Positions 38,359 through 48,004 of a stretch of 64,000 bases of DNA are shown one piece after another; the stretch's first letter is position 1, and each line of letters starts with the position of its first letter. The notes below the pieces were generated by a model. That model had not been told where the DNA came from. It did not search any database and worked only from the letters and a program-made list of their open reading frames with translations. The stretch spans positions 4,224,001 to 4,288,000 of the forward strand of contig OZ252098.1 in NCBI GenBank assembly GCA_965248355.1, written 5' to 3'. The stretch is from Candidatus Latescibacterota bacterium (GTDB lineage Bacteria > Latescibacterota > UBA2968 > UBA8231). The position numbers and the translations under genes are program-made.

Positions 38359-39597
38359 TTACCCGAACAGATCGCGGTACTGCCCGTCGAACTCCTCGGA
38401 GCCGTCGTCGAGACGGTAGTCGAGGGAGATGCCGGGGAGGAAGGGGGGCAGCCGGCCGGCGGTGAAGTCGCCGCGGTAGCCGCCGTTCGGGTAGCGGGTG
38501 CGGCGCCCGTCCGGCCAGTGGATGGTGTGGATCTGGCGCGGGTCCGGCTTGACGTAGTCCGGATCGACGCGGAACCCCTCGACAGCGTCCCAGTCCACCT
38601 CCACCCCAAGCCCGGGTGCGCCGGGCACGGCCACGTGCCCACCCTCCACGGCGAACTCCCTCAGCAGGGTGTGGGAGTAGATGTTGATGCAGGGGATCGC
38701 CGGCCAGCGGGCCTGGGCAAGCACCGCGCCCAGATGCACGGAGAACATGGTCGTCAGCCCGGTGCCCACCATCTGCAGCCAGAAGGGCATGCCGGCGTGG
38801 GCGGCCAAGGTGCCGTGGCTCATCACCTGGCTCGCCCCGCCGCCGATGACGAAGCCGTCGCACACCCCTTCGCGGATCGCCGTCATGGGCGGAGGATTGC
38901 CGAAGTGCATGGCGATGGGGCTGCGGATCTGCCGGCGCAGGGCGGCGTTGCCGGCCACGTCCCCCTGGGGGATGGGGCTCTCCACCATGGCCAGCATGGG
39001 ATACTTCGCCTCGAGCCGGGCGATGACGGGCGCCGCCACGTCCACCCCGAGGAGCATCTCGTTGAAGTCGGCGTCGAGCTTGAAGTGGGGGGATACCGCC
39101 GCCGCCACCGCGGCCAGCTGCGCGTCGAGGTCGTGCCACGGCCGCGCCTTCACCTTCATGGTGGTGAAGCCGCCGGCCTCCGCCGCCCGGGCCTCGACGA
39201 CCCACTCCTCCGGCTGCGCGTCCTGCGACCACCAGGAGACGGGGCAGGCGTCCCGGTATTTCGGGCCCATCAGGCGGTGGCAGGGCACCCCGGCGGCCTT
39301 GCCGGCGGCGTCGAAGCAGGCCATCTGCAGGCCGGCGCCGAGGCTGTCGTCCCACAGCAGGTCGAAGACGCTGCGCCCCCGGCTCGCCTCGACCCGCGCC
39401 TCGGTCGAGGCGCCCCAGGTGTAGCCGACGATCGTCTCGCCCACGCCGACGGCGCCGCAGGCCAGCTCGACCTGGTAGATGTCGGAGACGGACCAGCCGT
39501 TGCCGCGCACCGTCATGCGCTCGGCGCAGCGCTCGTGGAAGGGGACGTCGACGCGGATGCGCTCGACGGCGGCGATGGTGAAGTCGGATCCGGTCAT
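38359..39597 (-). CDS. Mandelate racemase/muconate lactonizing enzyme family protein (divergent)
   Basis: QMACFDAAGKAAGVPCHRLMG, KVK, DADFN, VESP, AMHF and PGAPGLGV motifs. Confidence 0.85.
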   Translation of the reverse strand: MTGSDFTIAAVERIRVDVPFHERCAERMTVRGNGWSVSDIYQVELACGAVGVGETIVGYTWGASTEARVEASRGRSVFDLLWDDSLGAGLQMACFDAAGKAAGVPCHRLMGPKYRDACPVSWWSQDAQPEEWVVEARAAEAGGFTTMKVKARPWHDLDAQLAAVAAAVSPHFKLDADFNEMLLGVDVAAPVIARLEAKYPMLAMVESPIPQGDVAGNAALRRQIRSPIAMHFGNPPPMTAIREGVCDGFVIGGGASQVMSHGTLAAHAGMPFWLQMVGTGLTTMFSVHLGAVLAQARWPAIPCINIYSHTLLREFAVEGGHVAVPGAPGLGVEVDWDAVEGFRVDPDYVKPDPRQIHTIHWPDGRRTRYPNGGYRGDFTAGRLPPFLPGISLDYRLDDGSEEFDGQYRDLFG

Positions 39598-39962
39598 CAC
39601 TCAGCTCCCGCGGGCGCCGCGGCGAGCGCCTCCTCCTTCTTCAGGAGGTTGACGAGTTGTCTGGAGTTGCGGTAGCGGCCTGTGTGGGCCACCGCGAGTC
39701 CCACAAAGGCGCCGCTCAAGAACTTGTGCCAACCGCCGTCCTGGTACCCCAGCACGAGGTAGCCTGTCGCCGCAAGAAGCATGAGGGGGAACGTGTACTG
39801 GCTTTCCACCATGCTGTTGTGCAGCCGCGTCTTCACGAGGAAGTTGGCTTCCGTCATCCGGGGCTCGGACCGGGACCCGCGCAGCTTGCGCAGCCCCCAC
39901 GGGAGCAGGGCTATGACGACGGCCGACAACCACATGAGAGCATAGACGGCATAGATATTCAT
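39597..39962 (-). CDS. Small hypothetical membrane protein
   Basis: 121-aa C-terminal part of the tracked ORF (MNIYAVYALMW...) with three hydrophobic segments and a GGAGG RBS. Confidence 0.6.
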   Translation of the reverse strand: MNIYAVYALMWLSAVVIALLPWGLRKLRGSRSEPRMTEANFLVKTRLHNSMVESQYTFPLMLLAATGYLVLGYQDGGWHKFLSGAFVGLAVAHTGRYRNSRQLVNLLKKEEALAAAPAGAE

Positions 39963-40115
39963 CGCGGTTCCTCCCGCTTGTAGATGTCTCCCGGCGTAGG
40001 TTATGCGGGACGGTCCGAAGGAGCAACCGGCATCCGCGGCAGTTGTCCCGCGCCTGCGAGTCCGCCTTCTTTCCCCGCCCCTGAAGGCGCGCACATCATC
40101 TCCCGAAGGAAACCC

Positions 40116-41063
40116 ATGCGGATCATCGACCCTCACTTCCACCTGTGGGACCTCGGCGAGGGGGCCAACCCGAACCTGGGTCCCGACGTGGAGCGGGACC
40201 GGCCCGTGTACCTCGCCGGGGACTACCTGCGCGACATGGGGCGGCTTCCCGCGCCCCTGGAGCTGGCCGCCTCCGTCCACGTGGAGACGGTGGTCGGCCA
40301 GATGGAGGGCGGGTTCCCTCTCGACGAGGTCGCCGAGACCCGCTTCGTCTGCGACCAGGTGGGGCCCACGGGACACCCCTTCGCCATCGTCGCCTACGCG
40401 CACCTGGCGCGGGACATCCGCCACACGGAGCAGGTCCTGGACCGCCATCTCGCCGAGGCGGGGGAGCGGCTGCGGGGCGTTCGCATGATCCTCAACCACC
40501 ATCCCGGGGACCCCGCTCTCACCTGGCCGCAGGTGGAGCGCGGCGACTTCCTGCGCGATCCCGTCTTCCGCGAGAGTCTCGCCCTCCTCGGCGAGCGCGG
40601 CCTCTCCTTCGACCTGCAGTGCAACCCCCATCAGCTCGCCGACGCGGCCGCGACCTTCGGCGACTTCCCGGAGACGCCGGTCATCGTCGGCCATCTCGCC
40701 TCCTTCCACGACAGCGGGGATCCCGGCTACATGGGCCTGTGGCAGGAGGGCCTGAAGGCGATGGCCGCCCTCCCCCACGCGAGCATGAAGCTCTCCATGG
40801 TGTTCTTCTGCGCGCCCGGATATCACCGGGACCCCTCCCAGGAGGCGAAGGCCAGGGATCTCGTGCGCCAGGCGATCGACATCTTCGGCGCCGGCCGCTG
40901 CATGTTCGCCAGCAACTACCCGGTGGACGGCATCCAGGGCATCGACGTCCCCACCCTCTATGGCCGCTTCCTCGACTGGACGGCGGACCTGCCGCCGGCC
41001 GACCGGGTCTCCCTCTTCCACGACACCGCCGCGCGCGTCTACCGCCTGGAGGGCCTCACATGA
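40116..41063 (+). CDS. Amidohydrolase family 2 (sugar-lactonase-like)
   Basis: IIDPHFHLWD, VHVE, LRGVR, LSFDLQ, VGHLA and MFASNYPVD motifs. Confidence 0.88.
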   Translation: MRIIDPHFHLWDLGEGANPNLGPDVERDRPVYLAGDYLRDMGRLPAPLELAASVHVETVVGQMEGGFPLDEVAETRFVCDQVGPTGHPFAIVAYAHLARDIRHTEQVLDRHLAEAGERLRGVRMILNHHPGDPALTWPQVERGDFLRDPVFRESLALLGERGLSFDLQCNPHQLADAAATFGDFPETPVIVGHLASFHDSGDPGYMGLWQEGLKAMAALPHASMKLSMVFFCAPGYHRDPSQEAKARDLVRQAIDIFGAGRCMFASNYPVDGIQGIDVPTLYGRFLDWTADLPPADRVSLFHDTAARVYRLEGLT

Positions 41064-42205
41064 ACCTCGTCCGCAAAGACTCCGTCCTCCCCGCCGAGCA
41101 CGGCGTCATCGCCAGCTACCCCGACGACTTCTACGGCTACTTCGGCTGGCCCACCATCGCCCGCATGCCGGACGGCACCCTCGTGGCCGCCGCCTCGGGG
41201 CTGCGCAACGCCCACGTCTGCCCTTTCGGGCGCAGCGTGTTCTTCCGCAGCAGCGACGAGGGCCGGACCTGGACGAGCCCCCGGGTGGTCAACGACTCCC
41301 CCCTCGACGACCGCGATACCGGCCTGGTGAGCTGCGGCGGCGAGCGACTGCTGCTGACGTGGTTCACCACCGACCTGCGGGCCTCGGCGGAGAAACGCAT
41401 GGAGGGGATCGACGCCGCCACCCGGGCCCGCTGGCAGGAGGGGATCGCGCGGATCGACGACGACAACGCCGCCCGCTGGGTCGGCGCCTGGTGCCGCATC
41501 AGCGAGGACGCCGGCGAGACCTGGTCCGAGCCGATCAAGGTGCCGCAGACGACGCCCCACGGGCCGGTCCGGCTGCGCGCCGGCGGGCTGGTCTTCCTGG
41601 GCAAGCTCTTCGAGACCGACATGGCCGGCTTCAAGGGCGGGGTGGGCGCCATCGTGGCCACCCGCAGCCAGGACGGCGGCCGCACCTGGCAGCCCCTGGG
41701 GACGGTGCCTCTCTACGAGGGCTCCACCGAGCAGAACTACCACGAGGCCCACGTGGCCGAGCTGCCCGACGGCAAGTTGGTGGGGCTGATCCGCTTCGAG
41801 CGCGGCGGCGGCGTCCACCCGAAGGACCTCGGGCTGCAGGACTTCATCCACATGTACACGGAGTCGACCGACGGCGGCCGCACCTGGACGCGGACCGAGC
41901 CCATGGACTTCCACGGCTGTCCTCCGCACCTGCTCGTGCACTCGAGCGGTGCTCTCGTCTGCGCCTACGGGCGCCGCCGCGAGCCCTTCGGCGAGCGCGT
42001 CATGATCAGCCGCGACGGCGGCGCCACCTGGGAGTATGACTACGTCCTGCGCGACGACGGGCCCGACGGCGACCTGGGCTATCCCTCCAGCGTCGAGCTC
42101 GACGACGGCAGCATCCTCACCGCCTACTACCAGAAGCCGGCTACGGCGCGGGACAAGTGCGCCTTTCTGTGGAGCCGCTGGCGTCTGCCAGGAGAATCAC
42201 CGTGA
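41060..42205 (+). CDS. Sialidase-like BNR/Asp-box glycoside hydrolase
   Basis: Asp-boxes SSDEGRTW, SEDAGETW, SQDGGRTW, STDGGRTW and SRDGGATW, plus DLGYPSSV. ATGA overlap with the upstream gene. Confidence 0.88.
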   Translation: MNLVRKDSVLPAEHGVIASYPDDFYGYFGWPTIARMPDGTLVAAASGLRNAHVCPFGRSVFFRSSDEGRTWTSPRVVNDSPLDDRDTGLVSCGGERLLLTWFTTDLRASAEKRMEGIDAATRARWQEGIARIDDDNAARWVGAWCRISEDAGETWSEPIKVPQTTPHGPVRLRAGGLVFLGKLFETDMAGFKGGVGAIVATRSQDGGRTWQPLGTVPLYEGSTEQNYHEAHVAELPDGKLVGLIRFERGGGVHPKDLGLQDFIHMYTESTDGGRTWTRTEPMDFHGCPPHLLVHSSGALVCAYGRRREPFGERVMISRDGGATWEYDYVLRDDGPDGDLGYPSSVELDDGSILTAYYQKPATARDKCAFLWSRWRLPGESP

Positions 42206-43980
42206 AATCGCTGGCCTCGGCGGCGATCCTGGCGGCCATCCTGGTTTCCGGCCGCGGCACCGCGGGGGAGCCGGAGAACCAGTTCCCGAATCCCGGATTC
42301 GACGAGTTCAGCGGCGATCTGCCCGCGGGCTGGAGTGTCGATTCCTGGAACCAGCCGGCGACCAAGGTGGGCATCGGCAGGCTGGCGCCCGGCCGCGGCG
42401 GCACGGGTACCTGCCTGGAGATCGAGGCCGGGACGCCCATGTCGGTGACCACCCTGCGCAGCCAGGTCTTCCCCGTCACCGCGGACCGGGACTACCTCTT
42501 CAAAGGCTACTACGCATCCACGAGTCGGGGCATCACCACGAAAGACCACTGGACGGACGCCGACGGGGTCTCCCTCGGCGGCCACTGGCTGGACGACGGA
42601 GAGGAGAAGGTCGGTTCCTTCGCGATCGTGCTGCCGGACACCCAGGACCGCTGGATCGAGGTCTTTCAGCAGGTGCGTCCACCCGAGGGTGCGCGGGCTC
42701 TGCAGGTCGTCGTGACCCGGCGATGGGTGGGCGGCCGGCTGCGTCTGGACGATTTCTCGCTGCGGCCGGGCACGATCAGGGACTACGAGGAGGAATTCTC
42801 CATCTCCGAGGTGGAGGACGAGGACTTCTTCCCCATCTACGGCTGGCTGACCCCGGGCAGCCCCGCGCCCCAGTACGAGGGCATGGACACGGACCAGTAC
42901 CACGCCGAGTACGCGGTGGCGAACTTCAACATCAATCTCGAGCTGGATGAATACGCGGGTTTCGGGGTGAAGTACCGCCCCCTCGGCGAGCTCGACGACG
43001 CCAGGATGGCCGCCGCGGACAGCGATCCACGGGTGTGGTGGCTGGGCGGAGCCAGCGAACCCGGGGAGGAGGAGTTTCCGCGCCTGGCACGGATGAACGA
43101 ACGGGTCCGGCGGCTGGCGCCCTCCAAGGGATACTGGGTGAACCTGTTTCCCACGTACGCCGACGACTTCCACGGCGATCCGGAGGAGTACGACCACCAC
43201 GTCCGGACCTTCCTGGAGACGGTGAAGCCGTCGCTGTTCACCTATGACCACTACTGCATGGTCGGCAGGGACCCGCGCCTTCACGCCGACAGCTGGTACA
43301 GCCCCAACCGCAAGGGGGACTACTTCTCCAACCTGGAGATCGTGCGCCGGCGTTCTCTCGAGACGGACGTAGAGTTCGGGGTGATCGTCTCCGTGGGGTC
43401 CTTCGGGCCGGTGCGCGGGGCGAGCGAAGCGGAGTTGCGCTTCCAGGCCTTCACCATCCTCGCGTACGGGGCCCGCTCGCTGGGCTGGTTCACCTACCTG
43501 ACGGAGATCCCTTACGGCCACTGGACCAACTGGGAGGACATGGTCATCAACCGCGACGGCACGCGGACTCGGCACTACTCGATGTTGAAGTACCTCAACG
43601 GGGAGGTGCTCGCCCTGGCGCCGGCGCTGCTGCGGCTCGAGTCGACGGGTGTGTACCACACGGAGCCGCTGCCGCCGCTGACCCGCCCCCTCGGGGAATC
43701 TGCGCTCGTGGCATCCATCAGCGGGGGAATGGGGCTGGTGGGCGAGTTCAGGTCCGCCGGGGATGGTCTGAACTACATGATGGTGGTGAACCGGGACTTC
43801 ATCGATCCGGCGACGTTTCGGGTAAGGCTTCGGGAGCCGGCGGACGACCTGCGGGAGATCTCAAAGCAGACCGGCCGGCCGCAACCGGTCGCCGGCTATG
43901 CGGCGGCGACGGGCGAACTGACGCTCGCCCTCGGCGCTGGAGACGGCCGCCTGTTCCGCCTCGGGGCGCCCTCGAGGTGA
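42202..43980 (+). CDS. Secreted protein with CBM-like domain and glycoside hydrolase-like barrel
   Basis: Signal peptide, NPGFD CBM4/9-like start, VNLFP, TYDHY and AYGARSLGWFTY motifs. Confidence 0.7.
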   Translation: MKSLASAAILAAILVSGRGTAGEPENQFPNPGFDEFSGDLPAGWSVDSWNQPATKVGIGRLAPGRGGTGTCLEIEAGTPMSVTTLRSQVFPVTADRDYLFKGYYASTSRGITTKDHWTDADGVSLGGHWLDDGEEKVGSFAIVLPDTQDRWIEVFQQVRPPEGARALQVVVTRRWVGGRLRLDDFSLRPGTIRDYEEEFSISEVEDEDFFPIYGWLTPGSPAPQYEGMDTDQYHAEYAVANFNINLELDEYAGFGVKYRPLGELDDARMAAADSDPRVWWLGGASEPGEEEFPRLARMNERVRRLAPSKGYWVNLFPTYADDFHGDPEEYDHHVRTFLETVKPSLFTYDHYCMVGRDPRLHADSWYSPNRKGDYFSNLEIVRRRSLETDVEFGVIVSVGSFGPVRGASEAELRFQAFTILAYGARSLGWFTYLTEIPYGHWTNWEDMVINRDGTRTRHYSMLKYLNGEVLALAPALLRLESTGVYHTEPLPPLTRPLGESALVASISGGMGLVGEFRSAGDGLNYMMVVNRDFIDPATFRVRLREPADDLREISKQTGRPQPVAGYAAATGELTLALGAGDGRLFRLGAPSR

Positions 43981-44004
43981 CCCGGCGCGGGTCCGCCGCC
44001 GCCG

Positions 44005-44964
44005 TCAGCTCTCCTTCGAGACCGCCTGGACCATGGCGGTGATGTAGCCGAACTGGAAGGCCCAGGCCTGGCGCACGCGTCCGGAGACGCCCGGAGGGGA
44101 CGCATCGTCCGGGTGACCGGGCGCGTGGTCCGGCATCAGCATGTACGGGTAGCCGACCTTGTGCAGCACCCGCGCCACCTCGTGCATGTCCACGTCGCCC
44201 TCGTCGGGCCAGACCTCCTGGAAGTCGTGCAGGCCCCCCTTGATGTTGCGGAAGTGGATGTTGAACAGCTTCCGGCGCTGGCCGAAACGCCGCACGATGT
44301 CGCACAGCTCCCGCCCCGGATCCTCCAACCCCTCGGAGGCGACGCCGCAGCAGAAGTTGAAGCCGTGGTAGTCGCTGTCCACCAGCTCGCTGAAGCGCGT
44401 CAGGCCCTCCATGACGGGCCAGTTCCAGCGCTCGACGCCGCGCAGCACCGGCGCCGGCGGATCGTCGAGGTGGCAGGCCATCTGCACGCGGTACTCCTCG
44501 GCCACCGGGATGACCCGCTCGAGGAAGTAGCGGGCGCGCTCGAAGCACTCGTCGCGGCTCACCTCCCCGGCCTCGGAGAGGGTGTCGTTGTCGAACTCCG
44601 ACAAGCGGAAGGTGCTGTACGAGGTCCCGCCCCGGCCGGGTGTTGACGGCGTCCGCTGGTGGGGGAGGACGCAGAAGTTGTAGTTGAGCCCGCGCAGGCC
44701 GGCGCGCCCCGCGTTCTCGATCCAGCGGCAGACCTCGTCGAGGTCGCGGTCCCGCTCCGGGTCCCGGGCGAGGGTGATGCTCCTGGGCAGGCCGATGTGG
44801 ATCATCTCCAGCTCCACGCCCTCCGCCGCCGCCGCCTCGCGGTGGCGCGTCAGCGTGTCGACCTCGTTGTCCTCGACGCTGGCGTCCATGTGCGTGACGC
44901 CGTGGCGCGTGAGGAACTGCAGCTCCTGGCGGCTCGTGCCGATGCCCTGCACTCCCGCGTACAT
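44005..44964 (-). CDS. uxuA: Mannonate dehydratase (UxuA family)
   Basis: NYNF, FLERVIPVAEE, HLDDPP, IHFRNIKG and LMPDH motifs. Confidence 0.8.
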   Translation of the reverse strand: MYAGVQGIGTSRQELQFLTRHGVTHMDASVEDNEVDTLTRHREAAAAEGVELEMIHIGLPRSITLARDPERDRDLDEVCRWIENAGRAGLRGLNYNFCVLPHQRTPSTPGRGGTSYSTFRLSEFDNDTLSEAGEVSRDECFERARYFLERVIPVAEEYRVQMACHLDDPPAPVLRGVERWNWPVMEGLTRFSELVDSDYHGFNFCCGVASEGLEDPGRELCDIVRRFGQRRKLFNIHFRNIKGGLHDFQEVWPDEGDVDMHEVARVLHKVGYPYMLMPDHAPGHPDDASPPGVSGRVRQAWAFQFGYITAMVQAVSKES

Positions 44965-44968
44965 GCCT

Positions 44969-45700
44969 CTACCCCTCCTCCTCGCCGCCGTAGGGCTGGC
45001 CGGAGAAGATGGCGCGCACCTCGGCGGCCGACTTCGCCTTGGCGAGGCGGCCCATGCGCTCCTCCTCCTCCTCGCGCAGCTTGTGCAGGTTCTCCACCAC
45101 CTGCTCCAGCCGGTCGGCGGGGAACTTGCAGGCCCCGTTCTCGTCCATGTGGACGATCTCGCCCGGGGCCACGTCCATGCCGGCGATGTGGACGGGCACG
45201 TTCACGGCGTACACCTCCTGGCCGCCGTGGCCCGGCGTGATCCCGCTGAGCAGGTACTGGAACTTCATGGGGCGGATCTCGTCGATGTCCCGCGACGGCC
45301 CGTTGGAGATCGCCCCGACGGCGCCCATGGCCTTCATGGCCGTGGTCATGTTGCCGCCGGAGAGGCCGATCTTGCCGGCCAGCTCGGGCGGGAACTTCTG
45401 CTCGAAGCAGAACACGCTGGGCCGCTCCGAGGCGTCGATGGCGTCGAAGACGTCCATGCCGCTGAGCCGGCCGAAGCCCGGCTCCGAGGGGCCGTACACG
45501 GCGGTGACGGCGTACCCGGCCAGCGCCCCCAGCTCGGGGTACATGCAGCGCAGGCTGTGGTCCGTGTACCAGTTCTCGGTGAGCGGGTTGTAGAGCCCCA
45601 GGCACAGGGGGTGGGAGGGATAGGTGGCCACCACGTTGGTCACCGAGGGCGTGTCGAACTGGCGGATCTCCTGCAGCAGCTTGCGTTCCTTCTGTCCCAT
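44969..45700 (-). CDS. RraA/HMG aldolase family protein
   Basis: FDTPSVTN, GYAVTA, GGNM, GPSRDIDEI and PGEIVHMDENG motifs. Confidence 0.85.
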   Translation of the reverse strand: MGQKERKLLQEIRQFDTPSVTNVVATYPSHPLCLGLYNPLTENWYTDHSLRCMYPELGALAGYAVTAVYGPSEPGFGRLSGMDVFDAIDASERPSVFCFEQKFPPELAGKIGLSGGNMTTAMKAMGAVGAISNGPSRDIDEIRPMKFQYLLSGITPGHGGQEVYAVNVPVHIAGMDVAPGEIVHMDENGACKFPADRLEQVVENLHKLREEEEERMGRLAKAKSAAEVRAIFSGQPYGGEEEG

Positions 45701-46062
45701 CAGGTCTCCTTTGGCAAGACGCGGACCTCGTCCTCCGCGTTCGGTACGACGCACAGGAACTCGAAGGGCTCGTCCCCTTCGACGGTGTAGGAATGGGGGA
45801 GCCGGGCCGGGATGTGCAGCGAGTCCCCCGCCTGCACCCGCACCTCCTCGTCGCCGAGGACGATCGTGGCCCGGCCGGCGAGCACGTACTGGCCGTGCTC
45901 GACCTCGTTGGTGTGCAGGGGCATGCCGCCGCCCGGCTCCATGACGAAACGGCGGATGGCGAAATGCGGCGACAGCTCGGGGCCGACCAGGACCTGGCGG
46001 GCGGCCGACGTGGCGCCGGCCACCTCCTCGAGGCCGATCTCCCCGGATCTGCGCAGGGTCAT
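45700..46062 (-). CDS. Cupin domain protein
   Basis: PGGGMPLHTNEVEHGQYVL...GDSLHIPARLPHSY. Confidence 0.88.
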   Translation of the reverse strand: MTLRRSGEIGLEEVAGATSAARQVLVGPELSPHFAIRRFVMEPGGGMPLHTNEVEHGQYVLAGRATIVLGDEEVRVQAGDSLHIPARLPHSYTVEGDEPFEFLCVVPNAEDEVRVLPKET

Positions 46063-47057
46063 GTGCTCCTCCTCTCATTGGCTGGACATCTGGCCGCGGC
46101 CTCCATGGCCGCGGTGTAGATCCTGCTCGCCGTCCACAGCCGCTCCTTCAACTCCTCGGGCACCTGCAGCCTCGTGCCGGCGGCCATCTCCTCCACGTGG
46201 GCCGGCGTCTCGGCGCCGCCGAGGACGCAGGTCACCTCGGGATGCGAGAGCACCCAGGCGACGCAGAGTTGGGCCCGGCTGACGCCCATCTCGGCGGCGG
46301 CCTCGTCGATCGCCGCGATCATCGTCTCCAGGGGGGAACCGCCCTCCACCGGCTCGCCCGGCGCCAGGGTGCCGCGGTCCATGGGGCCGAAGGCCAGCAG
46401 CCCGAGGCCCCGCTCCCGCACCAGGGGGAACATCTGCTCCTCGTAGCGGCGGACCCGCGCGCGGCCGTCGTCGTGGACCTTGGTGCCGCCCACGGTGTAG
46501 TAGTCCTCCAGCCCGCAGGGGGGCGTGGTGCCCGTCTCCCCGGCGGCCTTCAGCAGGGCCCGGACCGCCGCGGCCGTGTGGTTGGAGACCCCCCAGTGGC
46601 GGATGCGGCCCTCGTCGATCAGCCGCTGCATGTGCTCGCACTGGGCCTCGGGCGGGGTCTCGGGGTCGGGCTGGTGCAGCAGGTAGAGGTCGATCACCTC
46701 CATCCGCAGCCGGCGCAGGCTGGCCTCGCACTGCTGGCGCAGGAATTCCCGGGTGAAGGGGACGCGGTCCCAGGGGCCGTCGCCGGAGGGCTCCAGGCCG
46801 GGCAGGACCTTGGTGCAGATCACGACCTCGTCCCGCCGCCCCCGCAGGGCCTGGCCCAGCATGCGCTCCGAGCCCCCCCAGCCGTAGGCGGTGGCCGAGT
46901 CGAAGAAGGTGACCCCCACGTCGAGGCAGTGGTGGACCACGGCCTCGGCCCGCGGGTCCGTCTCGTCGCGGGCCAGGGTGCGGAAGGCCGTCCCCTGGCA
47001 CAGGCGGGTGACGCGCAGGTCGGTGGGGCCGAAGGCGGCGGTGGGCAGGGCGGTCAC
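46059..47057 (-). CDS. Aldo/keto reductase
   Basis: FFDSATAYGWGGSE, VICTK, SLRRLRMEVIDLYLLHQPD and WGVSN motifs. GTG start overlaps the upstream stop. Confidence 0.88.
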   Translation of the reverse strand: MTALPTAAFGPTDLRVTRLCQGTAFRTLARDETDPRAEAVVHHCLDVGVTFFDSATAYGWGGSERMLGQALRGRRDEVVICTKVLPGLEPSGDGPWDRVPFTREFLRQQCEASLRRLRMEVIDLYLLHQPDPETPPEAQCEHMQRLIDEGRIRHWGVSNHTAAAVRALLKAAGETGTTPPCGLEDYYTVGGTKVHDDGRARVRRYEEQMFPLVRERGLGLLAFGPMDRGTLAPGEPVEGGSPLETMIAAIDEAAAEMGVSRAQLCVAWVLSHPEVTCVLGGAETPAHVEEMAAGTRLQVPEELKERLWTASRIYTAAMEAAARCPANERRST

Positions 47058-47860
47058 TTGTAAAGGGCCGATCCCTTGTCCTCGCGCCGGTAGTGGGGCG
47101 CGGAGATCACGGCCTGCTGCTCCGGCGTCAGCTCGTCGAAGAAGTCCGGCGGCGTGTAGGTGCCCATGATCCCCTCGGCCATGACGCCGGCGTTGTAGCG
47201 CAGGATGACGGTGCGGCGCTGGTGCTTCGCCGTCCACGGCAGGGCGCCGTGCATGAGGCACTCCACGAAGAGGACGCCGTCGCCGGCGCGGGCCGGGATC
47301 TGCGCGAAGCGGTCCTGGTGGGCCTCGTAGAGACGGATGTCGTCGGGGCAGGGGAAGTTGGCCCGGTGGCTGGCCGGCACGCAGGCGAAGCCGCCGTCGC
47401 CGGCCTCCACGTCGGTGAGCTGCACGGCGATGTTGGTCATGCCGCAGAACATGCGGCCGTTGCGGTAGTGGTAGCCCCGGGAGCGGTCGTGGGGCTCGCC
47501 GCCCTCGTGGAACCAGAAGCCCTCGGCGCCTTCGTCCATGGTGATGATGCTCAGCCCCTCGAGGCGGAACCCGGGGCCCAGCAGCTCCTCGAGGAAGCGC
47601 CGGCTGTTGGCGTGGGCGATCATCTCGCGGAAGACGTCGCAGTGCGGCTTTTCCCAGGTGAGCATGCCGCCGAGGTCGCCGCGGCCCTGAGTGCCCTCGA
47701 GGGTCCGCGAGCCGTTGGCCAGGTCGCACGGACGGATCCCGATGTCGCCGGCATGGCTGTCCACGGCGGCGTTCGCCGCCCGCACCTCCTCGGGCGACAA
47801 CAGCCCCTCGATGACCAGATACCCGTGCACGTCGAAGAGGTACTTCTCCGCTTCCGTCAT
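47054..47860 (-). CDS. Phytanoyl-CoA dioxygenase (PhyH) family Fe/2OG enzyme
   Basis: FDVHGYLVI, FHEG, GGFACVPASH and LMHGALPW...RR motifs. Confidence 0.88.
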   Translation of the reverse strand: MTEAEKYLFDVHGYLVIEGLLSPEEVRAANAAVDSHAGDIGIRPCDLANGSRTLEGTQGRGDLGGMLTWEKPHCDVFREMIAHANSRRFLEELLGPGFRLEGLSIITMDEGAEGFWFHEGGEPHDRSRGYHYRNGRMFCGMTNIAVQLTDVEAGDGGFACVPASHRANFPCPDDIRLYEAHQDRFAQIPARAGDGVLFVECLMHGALPWTAKHQRRTVILRYNAGVMAEGIMGTYTPPDFFDELTPEQQAVISAPHYRREDKGSALYK

Positions 47861-48004
47861 TCCCCTTCCGGTCACCGGTGCTCTCCTTTCTCCGCGGGGG
47901 GCGCTAAGCTAACCAAGCGGCGGGCCCGGAGACAGCCGCCGGCGCCTTGACGCGCCCACGCGCGGGACCGCTTATATCGGCGGCACCTCACCGAAAGGGA
48001 GCCG

